Positions 49,654-59,259 are shown, counted from the stretch's first letter. The stretch is 64,000 nucleotides of DNA from Candidatus Nitrospinota bacterium M3_3B_026 (GCA_051418015.1 JBPRGF010000026.1:14430-78429), one strand, 5' to 3'. Notes: generated from the sequence alone by a model not told the origin. A program made the numbers and translations.

Positions 49654-50492
49654 TTGATATAGTCCTCCAAAACCTTCACTCCCAGCCTGGACCGCAGCTT
49701 TTCCTTGGCCTGTTTTTCTATCTGCCGGATACGCTCCCTCGTGAGCCCCATCCTGCGCCCTATCTCCTCCAGGGTCATGGGGGGTTCGTCAAAGCCGTAA
49801 CGGAATCTTAACACCGCCTCCTCCCGTTGGGGCAGTGTTTTCAGCAGCGACGCCATGTCGTGGTGCAGGCAGAGGCGGATGTAGTCGTCCTCGATGGAGT
49901 GTTCGGGATCCGTCTCCAGCATGTCCACGAAATGGGTGGAGTCATTGTCCCTGCTCAGCGGCGAGTCCAGGCTCATGTATCCCTTGTAGACTCTCATCAC
50001 CCTCTCGAGCGCCTTGACCTTCACCCCCAGGCTCTCGGCCACCTCCGACAGCGCCGGCTCCCGCCCCAGCTTGTGGGTAAGCGCGTCCACCGATTTGGCC
50101 ATCTTGCTCATCAGCCCCGCCTGCTTCATCGGCAGGCGCACCACCCGCGCCTGGTCCGCCAGCGCCCTCAGGATCGCCTGGCGTATCCACCACACGGCGT
50201 AGGTGATGAACTTGACGCCCCGCTCCGGGTCGAATCTCCGCGCGGCCTCCATCATCCCGAGGTTGCCCTCGTTGATGAGGTCCTCCAGCGAAAGGCCCAT
50301 GCCCTTGTACTGGTTGGCCACCATCACCACGTATTTCAGGTTGCGCTCCACCAGCTCGCGCAACGACGCCTCGTCGTGTTTGCGCCCGAGCTCTTTCTCC
50401 TCGGACCGCGACAGGGGGTGTATGCCGCTGATGTCCTTCAGGTAGGCGCGGAGAGGGTTCTCCTCCGCGCGCGAGTTTTTATCGGCGCCCAT
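49650..50492 (-). CDS. Alternative RNA polymerase sigma-70 factor (RpoD/RpoS-like, lacking region 1.1)
   Basis: LRAYLKDI, NLKYVV, DLINEGNLGMMEAARRFDPERGVKFITYAVWWIRQAI, TLEEIG...TRERIRQIE. Confidence 0.93.
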   Translation of the reverse strand: MGADKNSRAEENPLRAYLKDISGIHPLSRSEEKELGRKHDEASLRELVERNLKYVVMVANQYKGMGLSLEDLINEGNLGMMEAARRFDPERGVKFITYAVWWIRQAILRALADQARVVRLPMKQAGLMSKMAKSVDALTHKLGREPALSEVAESLGVKVKALERVMRVYKGYMSLDSPLSRDNDSTHFVDMLETDPEHSIEDDYIRLCLHHDMASLLKTLPQREEAVLRFRYGFDEPPMTLEEIGRRMGLTRERIRQIEKQAKEKLRSRLGVKVLEDYIK

Positions 50493-50561
50493 AAGAATAA
50501 ATTTTACCGCGATCAGGAGCGAATATGTGGAGCATTTCGCCGCGCGCCGGGAGGGCGCTCG

Positions 50562-51197
50562 TCACAGGGCGTCTTTGAGAAGCTCGGTCTCCATCTTGGG
50601 GATGAAGCCTTTCCACCAGTCGAGTTGGGGCGCAAGCTCGTATTCGAGAAGGTCCGCCACCGTCACCCAGTCGCCCGCCTCCTGTCCTTCCTTGAAGTCC
50701 GTGAGGACGCCCAAAAGCTTCTCCTCCATCGAGGTCATGCTCTCTCCGTCAAGGGTCAGGCTGGAAAGGTCCGTCCTGGAGAGCATCTTCGCCGTCTGCA
50801 GAAGCTCCACGAAGGCCGACAGGCCGGAAAGGGCGTCCACGAGCAGCGTGTTGGCCTCCTCCGGTTTACCGACCCTGAAAGTGTCCGCGAGTAGGCTCAT
50901 CCCGCCGGTCAGGCGTTTCAGGTATTCGCCCATCTCGGCCAGAAGCTGGGCTCCCTTGGCCTGCGGGCTGCTCGCCGTGGTGAGGCTGAGGGAGGATATC
51001 TGTCCCAGCGGGGCGTCGACGGCGAAGTCCGCCGCCTCCTCGGGTTCGAGGCGCTCCCCGTTGACTACGATGTCCGTGATGACCTCGTCTGGTCCGAAGC
51101 GTTCTTCCGATATGAGTTTCAGAAGGCCGGAGAGCGTCTCCGCCCCGGCCGGGTCCACCTGTATCGTCTCACCGTTAAGCTTTATCTGTGGCGCCAT
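50562..51197 (-). CDS. Conserved-looking hypothetical protein
   Basis: Helical C-terminus DWVTVADLLEYELAP, a pattern I associate with genes in flagellar glycosylation loci; start at ATG 51197. Confidence 0.65.
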   Translation of the reverse strand: MAPQIKLNGETIQVDPAGAETLSGLLKLISEERFGPDEVITDIVVNGERLEPEEAADFAVDAPLGQISSLSLTTASSPQAKGAQLLAEMGEYLKRLTGGMSLLADTFRVGKPEEANTLLVDALSGLSAFVELLQTAKMLSRTDLSSLTLDGESMTSMEEKLLGVLTDFKEGQEAGDWVTVADLLEYELAPQLDWWKGFIPKMETELLKDAL

Positions 51198-51291
51198 AAA
51201 GGTCTCCCGAACACGGGGCGGCCGCCCCTTTCGCTCCATGGGTCAATCTCACCAGACTAGTCTATCAGGGTTGACCGGCGGCGCCAACGCC

Positions 51292-51984
51292 TCAGGAGCT
51301 TTCCTTCTCGGCGGTGACGACGGTGAAATCCTCGTCGATGTCCACGCCGTCGCTGACCCTCAGGCGCAGCGTGTACTCCCCCTCCGCGTCCGGGTAGATG
51401 TAGGCCGTGGCCTCGCGGTAGGAGACGACGTCGGTCGCGCTGGCGCCCGGTTTGCTTATCAGGGCCCAGGTATAGGTTATATCGTCCCCGTCGACGTCAT
51501 AGCTGCCCGTCCCGTCCAGCACGGCCACGTAGTCCACCGTCACCGTCTGATCGTCTCCGGCTATGGCTATCGGCGGGTGGTTGTCCCCCGTCCCGATGGC
51601 GTCTATCCGGACGGTGAGGAGGTCGCTTTTCTTGTCGGCGTCATTGGCCAGCTGGAGCGTGACGGTGTAATACCCTCCCTTGTCCGGTGTGAAGGTTATG
51701 ACGGGATCGCTCGAGCTTGAGAGCGCGGAGGCGCTGCCTTTCGGTTTTTCCAGCAGACTCCAGGTGTAGGTGAGAGTCCTGTTCTGCGGGTCGTAGCTGC
51801 CGGTCCCGTCGAGGGTCACCTGGGTGTTCACCTTCACCTGCTTGCTGTCCACGGAGATTTTCGCCACCGGCCGTTCTTTCTGCGCCGGGGGGTTGAGCGC
51901 CTCGTCTATCTTCTGGTCGATCCCGCACCCCGCGGCAAGCGCCGCGATCAGCAGGGCCGCGGTTGTTTTCGCGAATATTCTCAT
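51292..51984 (-). CDS. PKD/Ig-like repeat lipoprotein
   Basis: Lipobox LAAGC; two repeats of LDGTGSYD...TYTW.L..KP. Confidence 0.85.
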   Translation of the reverse strand: MRIFAKTTAALLIAALAAGCGIDQKIDEALNPPAQKERPVAKISVDSKQVKVNTQVTLDGTGSYDPQNRTLTYTWSLLEKPKGSASALSSSSDPVITFTPDKGGYYTVTLQLANDADKKSDLLTVRIDAIGTGDNHPPIAIAGDDQTVTVDYVAVLDGTGSYDVDGDDITYTWALISKPGASATDVVSYREATAYIYPDAEGEYTLRLRVSDGVDIDEDFTVVTAEKESS

Positions 51985-51985
51985 T

Positions 51986-53692
51986 CTATCTCCCCACCAA
52001 CGCGGTCCGGTCGTCCGTCAGCGCCGATTCCGCCCGCCGCGCCGCCTCGGCGAACATCCCCGCCGCCATCTCGAGCCAACTTCCGGCGAGCGCGGCCTCC
52101 CGGGCGATCCGGCCCGGCTCCTCGCCCTCCAGGCTCTCCTGTCTTCTCCTGTAGATGAAGGCCAGCGGCCCCGCCGCCTCGTAGACGGATGCCGCTGCGG
52201 CGATCTCGTCCTCCACCCCCTCGATGGCGCGGGCCAACTCCCTGAGCAGCCCGGCGTTGTTTCCCTTTTTCCCGGCCAGGGTGGAAAGACGCGCCGCCTC
52301 CGCCCCCAGCGCCATGAGCCTCTCCGCCCCCTCGACGGCGCGGGCCGTCCACGCCTCCACGGCGCCCCTGGCAGGCGGGGCGAACCTCGCCTTGAGCCGG
52401 CCGATGGCATCGTCCACCTCCACCGCTGGCAGGCGGGCCGCCTCCGGGTCGTTCCAGCGGGCCAGCGCCTCGACGAAGAGGGGCCGGTAAAGATAGGCGA
52501 AAAACTCGTCGCGGGACAGCTCCGGGAGGCCGAAGGGGACGTATTCTACCCCCCCGTCCGCGCCAAAGGCGCTCCTGTATATCCTCACCCCGGCGCCGCG
52601 CTCCGGCCTTTCGGGAAGCTTCGCCCCATCCATCGCCGCCATGCCGGCCTCCGCCACGTCCTCCGGTGTTATCCGGCCCAGGCAGGACAGATGTTCGCAT
52701 TTCGTCCTGTGGGAGCAGGGGGCGCATTCGATGTCCGCGCTCAGGATATAGGCCCCCTCGGCGTAGGGTCCCGTCTCCTCCACCCGCGCGTGGGCGAAAA
52801 AGAGCGCCACGATTGGCGTCCCGAGCGCCGCGGCCACGTGCATGGTTCCGGTATCGTTGGTGATGAGCAGGTCCGCCCGCCTCACCCAGGCGGCAAGCTG
52901 GGCCAGGCTCGTCTTGCCGACGAGGTTTATGGCCGGGGTCTCCATCGCCGCCTCCACCTGCGCGCCAAGCTCCGCCTCCGCCGGCGCTCCGAGCAGGACC
53001 GTTTTCGCGCCCCTGGCCCGGCTGAGCCGGTCCGCCGCCTCGGCGAAGTTTTTCGGGCTCCAGCGCCGGTCGCTGCGGCTGGCCCCGGCCTGGACGGCCA
53101 CCAGGGGCTCATCCGGCCCCACGCCGAGGGCGGCCGATTCGCGCCCGATCCGCGCCATCTCCTCCTCCCCGGCGGACAGGCCGAGCCTTGCTCCGGAGCC
53201 GGGAGCGGCTCCGCCGGTCCGCAGATACATGTCCACAAGGTTGAACCTGTTGAGCATCCTGAAGTTGAGCATGGACATGAAGTAGATCAGCCACGGGTTT
53301 TTCACCAGCCGGTCCCCCGTGGGGGAGGCTATGAACCCCGCGGCGTCCCGGGCCTCGATGAGTCTTGCCATCATGGCGGAAAGCTTCGAGTGGCTCAGGT
53401 TTATCACCAGGTCGAACCGCCGCCCGGCCAGCCGCCGGGTGATCCCGTCCAGATATTCGTATATCGCGAGGACATCCGGCTCGGCGCCGTCTTTCGAGGC
53501 GAACTGTTGGATGTCGAAGATCAGGATCTCGTCCACCCCCTCTACAAGCTCCAGTATCCCGGCGAATTTAACGTTGGCGAGGACGGTTATCCTGGCGGAG
53601 GGGTGTTTTTCCCGCAGGCCCTTTATCAGCGGCGTGGTCTGGATCAGGTCGCCGATCCTGGTGAGGTTCAATATGAGTATGTTTTCGCCCAT
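51986..53692 (-). CDS. Glycosyltransferase family 9 (heptosyltransferase-like) with C-terminal extension
   Basis: TRIGDLIQTTP, GKTSLAQL, ITNDTGTMHVAAALG, CAPC...C...C. Confidence 0.88.
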   Translation of the reverse strand: MGENILILNLTRIGDLIQTTPLIKGLREKHPSARITVLANVKFAGILELVEGVDEILIFDIQQFASKDGAEPDVLAIYEYLDGITRRLAGRRFDLVINLSHSKLSAMMARLIEARDAAGFIASPTGDRLVKNPWLIYFMSMLNFRMLNRFNLVDMYLRTGGAAPGSGARLGLSAGEEEMARIGRESAALGVGPDEPLVAVQAGASRSDRRWSPKNFAEAADRLSRARGAKTVLLGAPAEAELGAQVEAAMETPAINLVGKTSLAQLAAWVRRADLLITNDTGTMHVAAALGTPIVALFFAHARVEETGPYAEGAYILSADIECAPCSHRTKCEHLSCLGRITPEDVAEAGMAAMDGAKLPERPERGAGVRIYRSAFGADGGVEYVPFGLPELSRDEFFAYLYRPLFVEALARWNDPEAARLPAVEVDDAIGRLKARFAPPARGAVEAWTARAVEGAERLMALGAEAARLSTLAGKKGNNAGLLRELARAIEGVEDEIAAAASVYEAAGPLAFIYRRRQESLEGEEPGRIAREAALAGSWLEMAAGMFAEAARRAESALTDDRTALVGR

Positions 53693-53693
53693 C

Positions 53694-55487
53694 TCACGGC
53701 CCCTGGGTGAGTATCTGGTCTATCATCACGAACAGCGCCTCCTGGCGGGACAGATCCCCCTCCCCCTCCTCGATGGCCTTCATCACCTTTTTCATGGAGA
53801 GCGCCCCCTGGCCTTTGAACCTTGCCAGGAAGGCGGCAAGCTCCGGGTCTTCCGTCCGCTCCAGGATGGCGTCCACGTCGTTTATCCCGCGGTTTTTCCG
53901 CCTGGCCCTCTCTATCCTATCCTCCTCCCGGGGGATGACCACGCTCATCATCCTGGCCATCCTGTGGACGAAGGTGTGCTCGGCGAGGACTTTTTTCATG
54001 CCGGCCCTGGCTATCGCCTCACGCTCGGCGGGACGCTCGAGGTAATAGTCTATCTTTTCTCTGAGCTCGTGGGCGTCCCTGAACGTGGCGATCTCGCGCC
54101 CGGGCTCGAACATCCCGGCAAGCTCGCCGTTTTCGTCGGCCAGCTGGAAGGCGCCGCAGGCGGCTATCTCGAACGTCCTGGGGTTCACGAAATCGTTCAT
54201 CGGGTCGATCCCCCGCGAGGTGGCGGAGCTCGACAGGTTCAGGTTTATATCGCTTGCGTTGAATATCTTCACGTATTCGGCCGGATCCAGCCGCCTGTTC
54301 GCGTTGGCGACGAGCCTTCCCACGGGGCTCTGAAGGTCCCACTCCGTGCCCCATATCCTGAACGGCAGGTCGAGCAGGCGCGAGAAGACGGCGTGGCGGT
54401 TTGGGTATCCCGCGCCCATGAACGAGACCGGCGAGCCGTATTTTTCCCTCTCCTCCTCCGAGAGGGCGAGAGGGTGGTGGACGGCGGGGTCGGCCGCCTG
54501 CGGCAGGTATCCGGCGAAGGGGGCCCCCGCCTCGGCCAGCATGTCCGGGAACCGTCCTTTCTGTATCCCGAAAAAATAGTCGTAATGGGGCGCGACGGCG
54601 CGCCAGTAGGGTATGGCCCGGTGGTTTTCCACGAACCAGAAGATTATCGGGACGTCCAGGCTCTTCAGCCTGCGGATAAGCTCCGGCCCGAGGGGCGCCT
54701 GGGCGAGGGCGAGTATCATGTCCGGTTTCATGTAGTCGGCCCGGGCGGCGATCCTCTCGCCGAGATAGTTGTTGAAAATAGTCTTGAGGGCGTTCCTGTT
54801 TCGCGGGGCGGGGGTGGTTTCGTTTATCCTCGCCGCCTCGTCTTTATATGGGGTGTTGTCCACGAAATCGACCTCGAAGCCGAGCTCCGAGAGCGCCCGG
54901 GCCGTGGAGGCGGCGGTGGGGACGGAGCCGCCGAGGGCGGGGCCTATGACCATTACCCTGTACTTTTTTTTCGCCGCCCACGTCCGAACGATGAAAGGCT
55001 CGGCCAGAAGGTCGCGCTTTTTTCTGAAAATCCTCGCCGCGGGCTCGTGGTCGATCCAGTCCGAGCGCAGGGGATCGAACGAAGAGGCTGGCCGGGCGAA
55101 CTCATCGGGGGGGACGATATTTATTTTCTCTATCAGCCACGCGAGGTCCCTCGCCTCGAAAGCCGCCCGCAGGACGCCCGGCGAGGGCTCTATCACCGTT
55201 ACGGAGCCCGCCTCACGGGCGATCTTCTCCAGGTGATAGCCGAACCCGAACCCGAACACCACGAGAGAGCGCTCCTCGACGCTCCCGGCGGAGGCCGCCA
55301 GCTTTTCCGCCTCCTTTTCCGGGTAATAGGAGCTGTGCAACAGTACCTTGCCCAGCCTGGGTACCGGCGCGCCCGATTTCGACGTGACGATCTCAAGGTC
55401 CGGCGGCTCCTGGGCGGACTCCATCCATCGCGCGGTGTTCTCATCGCGCGCCCTCAAGGCGGCGATGTTTTTATCCAAAAAGCTCAT
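53694..55487 (-). CDS. CgeB-like glycosyltransferase with N-terminal Maf-like domain
   Basis: LHSSYYPEKEA, VFGFGFGYHL; AADPAVH, VSFMGAGYPNR, INLNL, NPRTFEIAACG, HTFVHRM. Confidence 0.8.
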   Translation of the reverse strand: MSFLDKNIAALRARDENTARWMESAQEPPDLEIVTSKSGAPVPRLGKVLLHSSYYPEKEAEKLAASAGSVEERSLVVFGFGFGYHLEKIAREAGSVTVIEPSPGVLRAAFEARDLAWLIEKINIVPPDEFARPASSFDPLRSDWIDHEPAARIFRKKRDLLAEPFIVRTWAAKKKYRVMVIGPALGGSVPTAASTARALSELGFEVDFVDNTPYKDEAARINETTPAPRNRNALKTIFNNYLGERIAARADYMKPDMILALAQAPLGPELIRRLKSLDVPIIFWFVENHRAIPYWRAVAPHYDYFFGIQKGRFPDMLAEAGAPFAGYLPQAADPAVHHPLALSEEEREKYGSPVSFMGAGYPNRHAVFSRLLDLPFRIWGTEWDLQSPVGRLVANANRRLDPAEYVKIFNASDINLNLSSSATSRGIDPMNDFVNPRTFEIAACGAFQLADENGELAGMFEPGREIATFRDAHELREKIDYYLERPAEREAIARAGMKKVLAEHTFVHRMARMMSVVIPREEDRIERARRKNRGINDVDAILERTEDPELAAFLARFKGQGALSMKKVMKAIEEGEGDLSRQEALFVMIDQILTQGP

Positions 55488-57352
55488 ACCGCCCCCGCCT
55501 TTTCCGTGTTCGTCAACGTCTTCAGTGACTTTTCCACCAGCTTCTCAAAATCCGCCGCCATGCCGTAGGTTTCCGAGAACAGGACCCTGAAAGACTCGAT
55601 CGTGGTGAGACTCCTGGCCTTCCCCTCGAGCCCGTCCGCCCTCCGCCACAGCGCCTCCACCGAGTCGAGCACGGCGTCCACCATCCAGCGGTTTATATCG
55701 ACAAAAAGCCTGCGCTCCAGTATATCCCTGGAGCGCTCCTTCATCCGGCTGATTTTCTCCTTGGTGGCCCCCGTCACGGCGCCGTTTTCGTTCACGGCCG
55801 CGAGCGCCTCCCGGAGCGCCGCCATTCCCCGTCCGCATATCGATTTCACCCTTCGCGCCTCGTCCCTTGCCTGGATGAGAGCCTCCGCGGCCGCCTCCCG
55901 GGACGCCGTGGCCCTGGCCTCCGCCATGGCCTGCGCGGGGGGCGTTATCGTTCCGCTCCCGGCGTGGCGGGATATGGCCTCGGCCAGGCTTATGTTCTCC
56001 GCCCCGGCGATGGGGACTCCTCCCTCCGTGGCGTTCAGGGCGTGGATGGACTCGTGGGATATGATCAGCTCGAACCACTTGCGCCAGGCGTTCATCTTGG
56101 CAGTGGTCTTGACAGGCGCTCCGAAAAGGCCCCTGGCGTCCAGAATCCCCTCATCCTCCGGCGGCGCGCCCAGGATGCTGGCCAGGGCGCCGCCCGTGTG
56201 GGTCCGTTCCTTGTCATAGGAAAGATCCTGCCCCACGAAGACTATAGGCGAGCATCCCATTTTCAGGGTCAGGTCCAGCGCGGAGGTGGCCACGGATCCC
56301 CCGACGCGTACCATGCCGCGCTCGCCGATGAACCCCTCCATCCACTCGAAAAGAGGCTCGGCGTATCCCGTGAAGACCATCGGCCCCACGCTCTCCCTGA
56401 CAACCCTGGGGTTCGCGACGGGATTCAGGGCCATCAAGGCTCCGGGCATCCTGACCCCGGCGAGGTGGAGGTAGTTTTCGTCCTTGGCGTCGAGGGAGAC
56501 CACGATGTCCGGTTCCACTCCTTCGGCCAGCAGCTTGCGCGCGGCGGTGTCCACGGCTATAACCAGGGCCCTCCCTTTCAGCGAGGCGAGCAGCCGCGCG
56601 TTCTTGTCCAGCGAGGGGCCGGCCGCCACGATGAAGGCCGGGACGCCCCGGTAGCGGCCGAACAGGGCGGAGACGGGGGGCGATGCTATTATGGCGGGCA
56701 GATTTTCCAGGATGTTCTCCCGCCATTTTTTGCCCATGTGGCTCAGGGTGAGCAGGTTTTGCGCGCCGAACTCCTTGAGCTGTTCGAGCTTTATCTTCAC
56801 TTCGCCGAAATAGTCCCGGTAGAGCGGAGCGGACCAGGGGTTTTCCACGATGATGAAATCCGAGAGGGTGAAGACCGCGTAGGCGTCCTCGGCCCTTGCG
56901 AGAGTGGCCGCGTCGGCGCTCTCACCCACGGCGAGGGAGACGCGCTTCTGGCCCAGCGCGCGGGAGAAATCCACCTCCCGCAGGACGGAGGCGAAGGCGT
57001 CGATATCCGGCTCTATGAGCAGCACGAAGGTCTGGTCCTGAGTCCGCGCGGCCACCTCCGCGAAGAGCCCGCCGGAGCCGAAGCCGAGGACGACGACCAT
57101 CCTGGCCCCGGCCATCTCCCCGGCCATGCCGTTGAGCCGCGGCGCCTTGAGGCTTGGCAGGCGCAGCGTCCCTTCACCGCCCGGCGCGCTGACCTTGATG
57201 GAGACTTTTCCGGCCCCGTCCACGCTTCTTGTGACGCGCTGGGATGGGCGGAGGGCGGCGAGCCTTTCGGCAAGCTCCGGATCCTGCTCTCTTATGGCGG
57301 CCACGTTTTTATTGAAAACCGTCATCGCCGCTCCGTTGTTTTCCATTTTCAT
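55484..57352 (-). CDS. Motility-associated factor (Maf, DUF115) glycosyltransferase-like protein
   Basis: VVLGFGSG, NILEN, AFIVAAGPSLDKN, IAVDTA, GGSVAT, GCSPIVFVGQDLSY, NATEGG; ATGA overlap with the upstream GT. Confidence 0.85.
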   Translation of the reverse strand: MKMENNGAAMTVFNKNVAAIREQDPELAERLAALRPSQRVTRSVDGAGKVSIKVSAPGGEGTLRLPSLKAPRLNGMAGEMAGARMVVVLGFGSGGLFAEVAARTQDQTFVLLIEPDIDAFASVLREVDFSRALGQKRVSLAVGESADAATLARAEDAYAVFTLSDFIIVENPWSAPLYRDYFGEVKIKLEQLKEFGAQNLLTLSHMGKKWRENILENLPAIIASPPVSALFGRYRGVPAFIVAAGPSLDKNARLLASLKGRALVIAVDTAARKLLAEGVEPDIVVSLDAKDENYLHLAGVRMPGALMALNPVANPRVVRESVGPMVFTGYAEPLFEWMEGFIGERGMVRVGGSVATSALDLTLKMGCSPIVFVGQDLSYDKERTHTGGALASILGAPPEDEGILDARGLFGAPVKTTAKMNAWRKWFELIISHESIHALNATEGGVPIAGAENISLAEAISRHAGSGTITPPAQAMAEARATASREAAAEALIQARDEARRVKSICGRGMAALREALAAVNENGAVTGATKEKISRMKERSRDILERRLFVDINRWMVDAVLDSVEALWRRADGLEGKARSLTTIESFRVLFSETYGMAADFEKLVEKSLKTLTNTEKAGAV

Positions 57353-58326
57353 CCACCCGCGACAGTCTCGAAGACATCCTCCCACCGGGCTTTGAACTTT
57401 TCCATCCCGAAAAGCTCCATGACCGTCTCTTTTCCCCTCCTGCCCAGGTTCGCCGCCGAGTCGCGGTTTTCCATCAGGGCGGCTATGGCCGCTCTCATGC
57501 CGTCCATGCTGGAGGAGATGAGCCCGTTCACGCCGTTTTCTATGGGCGAGGTGGGGTTCTTGCAGGATATGACCGGCTGGCCCGCGCCCATGGCCTCCAG
57601 CATGGCGAGGTTGTAGCCGTCCTCGTAGGGCGCAAGGGTGGTGTTCAGGTACACCCTGTGGCTTGCGTAAAACCCGGCCAGCGCCTCAAAGCTTTCCGCC
57701 AGGCGCGCTCCCGGCAGGGTGGGGTTGACTCCCGCGATGGTGGACTCAAACCCTTCCACGGCTCTCTCCTGCATAAAGTAGCCCAGCATTATGTCCCGCT
57801 CTTTCATATAGTTGCCCACGCGCAGGACTTTGCGTTCGTGTCCCTCATAAGATAATAGATCGTCAATATCAACACCGGGCTTGATGACTTTTCCACGCCC
57901 GAAGCCCCAGTCGGCCATCTTGGACTCGGAGACGAAGACCATCTCGTCCGCCCGCTGCGCCAGGGCCGCCACGCCTGCCAGGTATTTTTCCCTGCTCACC
58001 GTGTCCCCTCCAAGGGCAAGCTCCGTCGTCAACTTGTTGTGGAAAAGCAGGACGGCGGGGACGGGGTGAGAGGATATCTCCTTCAAATCCATAAAGTTAT
58101 GGCAAAGCGCGAGGTCGTAGGCGCCATCCCGCAGGCTCTCGCGGGCCGTCTCCATGCCGATGACGCGGGCGTTTTGGGGTACCGGCCTGACCCTGCCGTC
58201 CCACCGGCGTATCCCCTCCCTCCCCAGCGATGGCTCCGCCACGTCGAACCGGTGGCCGGTCTTCGACAGCAACCATATGTATGGCTCATGCCAGTTGAAG
58301 GTCAATATCCTCAGTCTCTTGGACAT
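57349..58326 (-). CDS. Glycosyltransferase (GT-B, family 4-like)
   Basis: VYLNTT...EDGYNLAMLEAMGAGQPVI, IENGVNG, F...F...W tail. Confidence 0.85.
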   Translation of the reverse strand: MSKRLRILTFNWHEPYIWLLSKTGHRFDVAEPSLGREGIRRWDGRVRPVPQNARVIGMETARESLRDGAYDLALCHNFMDLKEISSHPVPAVLLFHNKLTTELALGGDTVSREKYLAGVAALAQRADEMVFVSESKMADWGFGRGKVIKPGVDIDDLLSYEGHERKVLRVGNYMKERDIMLGYFMQERAVEGFESTIAGVNPTLPGARLAESFEALAGFYASHRVYLNTTLAPYEDGYNLAMLEAMGAGQPVISCKNPTSPIENGVNGLISSSMDGMRAAIAALMENRDSAANLGRRGKETVMELFGMEKFKARWEDVFETVAGG

Positions 58327-58338
58327 GGAACCCCATCA

Positions 58339-58379
58339 GTCAACAGGTTGACGCAATAAAGGTAGTCAATAATTTATTG
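58339..58379. promoter_or_regulatory. Two palindromic operator-like sites upstream of the glycosylation operon
   Basis: GTCAAC-AG-GTTGAC (58339-52) and CAATAA-T-TTATTG (58367-79) in an AT-rich gap. Confidence 0.45.
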
Positions 58380-58414
58380 TAGCAATGATTGTACCGAACG
58401 GCGCGAAGGGGGGG

Positions 58415-59008
58415 TCAGCTGGATTTGCTTCTCAGGATCTCCCGCTGGCGTTTGAAGATATAGGTGATGAGGTCTTCCCGGTCCTGGTCGTTGATCGCCT
58501 CGAACTCCACGCTGACCAGCCATCCGCCCTCTTTTTCCGTGTCCTCCGCCACGGATTTAACCACGGCGATTATCTCCAAAATGAAAAGCGGGAAAGTGGG
58601 CGGGTTCATCCTGACAAGCAGCCTCTGGCCCTGTTCGGGTTTTTCCATGAACCGCAGCAGCGCCCCCCCGGCGGAAAGGTTCAGGCAGTAGCCGCGCTCC
58701 ATCTCCGGCGCGTCGAAGATTTTTTGGCTCAGCAGGCGGATGACGTGGTCCAGCCGCCGTTCGAGCGACATCCACATGCTGTAGATGTGGGGGGACATCT
58801 CCTGGAACTCCGTCAGCTCGGCCAGGTCCGTCGGCAGGTCGGTGAAGGCCGTGGGCGGTGTCGTGAACCGGTCGCAGGAGCGGTGGCTTTTGATCTCCTC
58901 GGCCAGGTCTCCAGGGTCCAGAGCGATGGCCCAGCGGATGGGGAAATACACCTCCACCCTCACGTCCTGGCGGCTGAAAGCCTCGTCCCTGTCCATTTCC
59001 CGCGTCAT
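58415..59008 (-). CDS. PilZ-domain protein
   Basis: RQDVR (RxxxR) near the N-terminus, NLSAGG, C-terminal VEFEAI...DREDLITYIFKRQRE. Confidence 0.8.
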   Translation of the reverse strand: MTREMDRDEAFSRQDVRVEVYFPIRWAIALDPGDLAEEIKSHRSCDRFTTPPTAFTDLPTDLAELTEFQEMSPHIYSMWMSLERRLDHVIRLLSQKIFDAPEMERGYCLNLSAGGALLRFMEKPEQGQRLLVRMNPPTFPLFILEIIAVVKSVAEDTEKEGGWLVSVEFEAINDQDREDLITYIFKRQREILRSKSS

Positions 59009-59024
59009 AAGCCTCCGGAGAACT

Positions 59025-59051
59025 TTATCGGCTCATACTACCCCATTTTCT
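59025..59051 (-). promoter_or_regulatory. Putative sigma-28 (FliA) promoter
   Basis: Exact -10 GCCGATAA (59025-32, minus strand) just upstream of the GGAGG SD of the PilZ gene; -35 poorly matched. Confidence 0.4.
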
Positions 59052-59171
59052 TCCGTCCGGGCAATCAGCGGCGGCCGCGTTTGGGTTTGGAGCGCAAGAC
59101 CTGACCCCAATTTCGCTGTCGTGGTATGTGAGGTCCCGCCAGGCTCCGAAGGCTTTTCCGCCGTTCTTATT

Positions 59172-59259
59172 CCTCCCCCTTGCTGATGGGGGAGGTTTGG
59201 GTGGGGGTGTATGATTCTAATACCCCCTCCCCTCGATCCCCTCCCTCCAGGGGAGGGGA
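59172..59259. repeat. REP-like G/C-tract element, copy 1
   Basis: 40 bp (59184-59223) identical to 62388-62427; flanking hairpins CTCCCC..GGGGAG and CCCCTCC..GGAGGGG. Confidence 0.8.
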
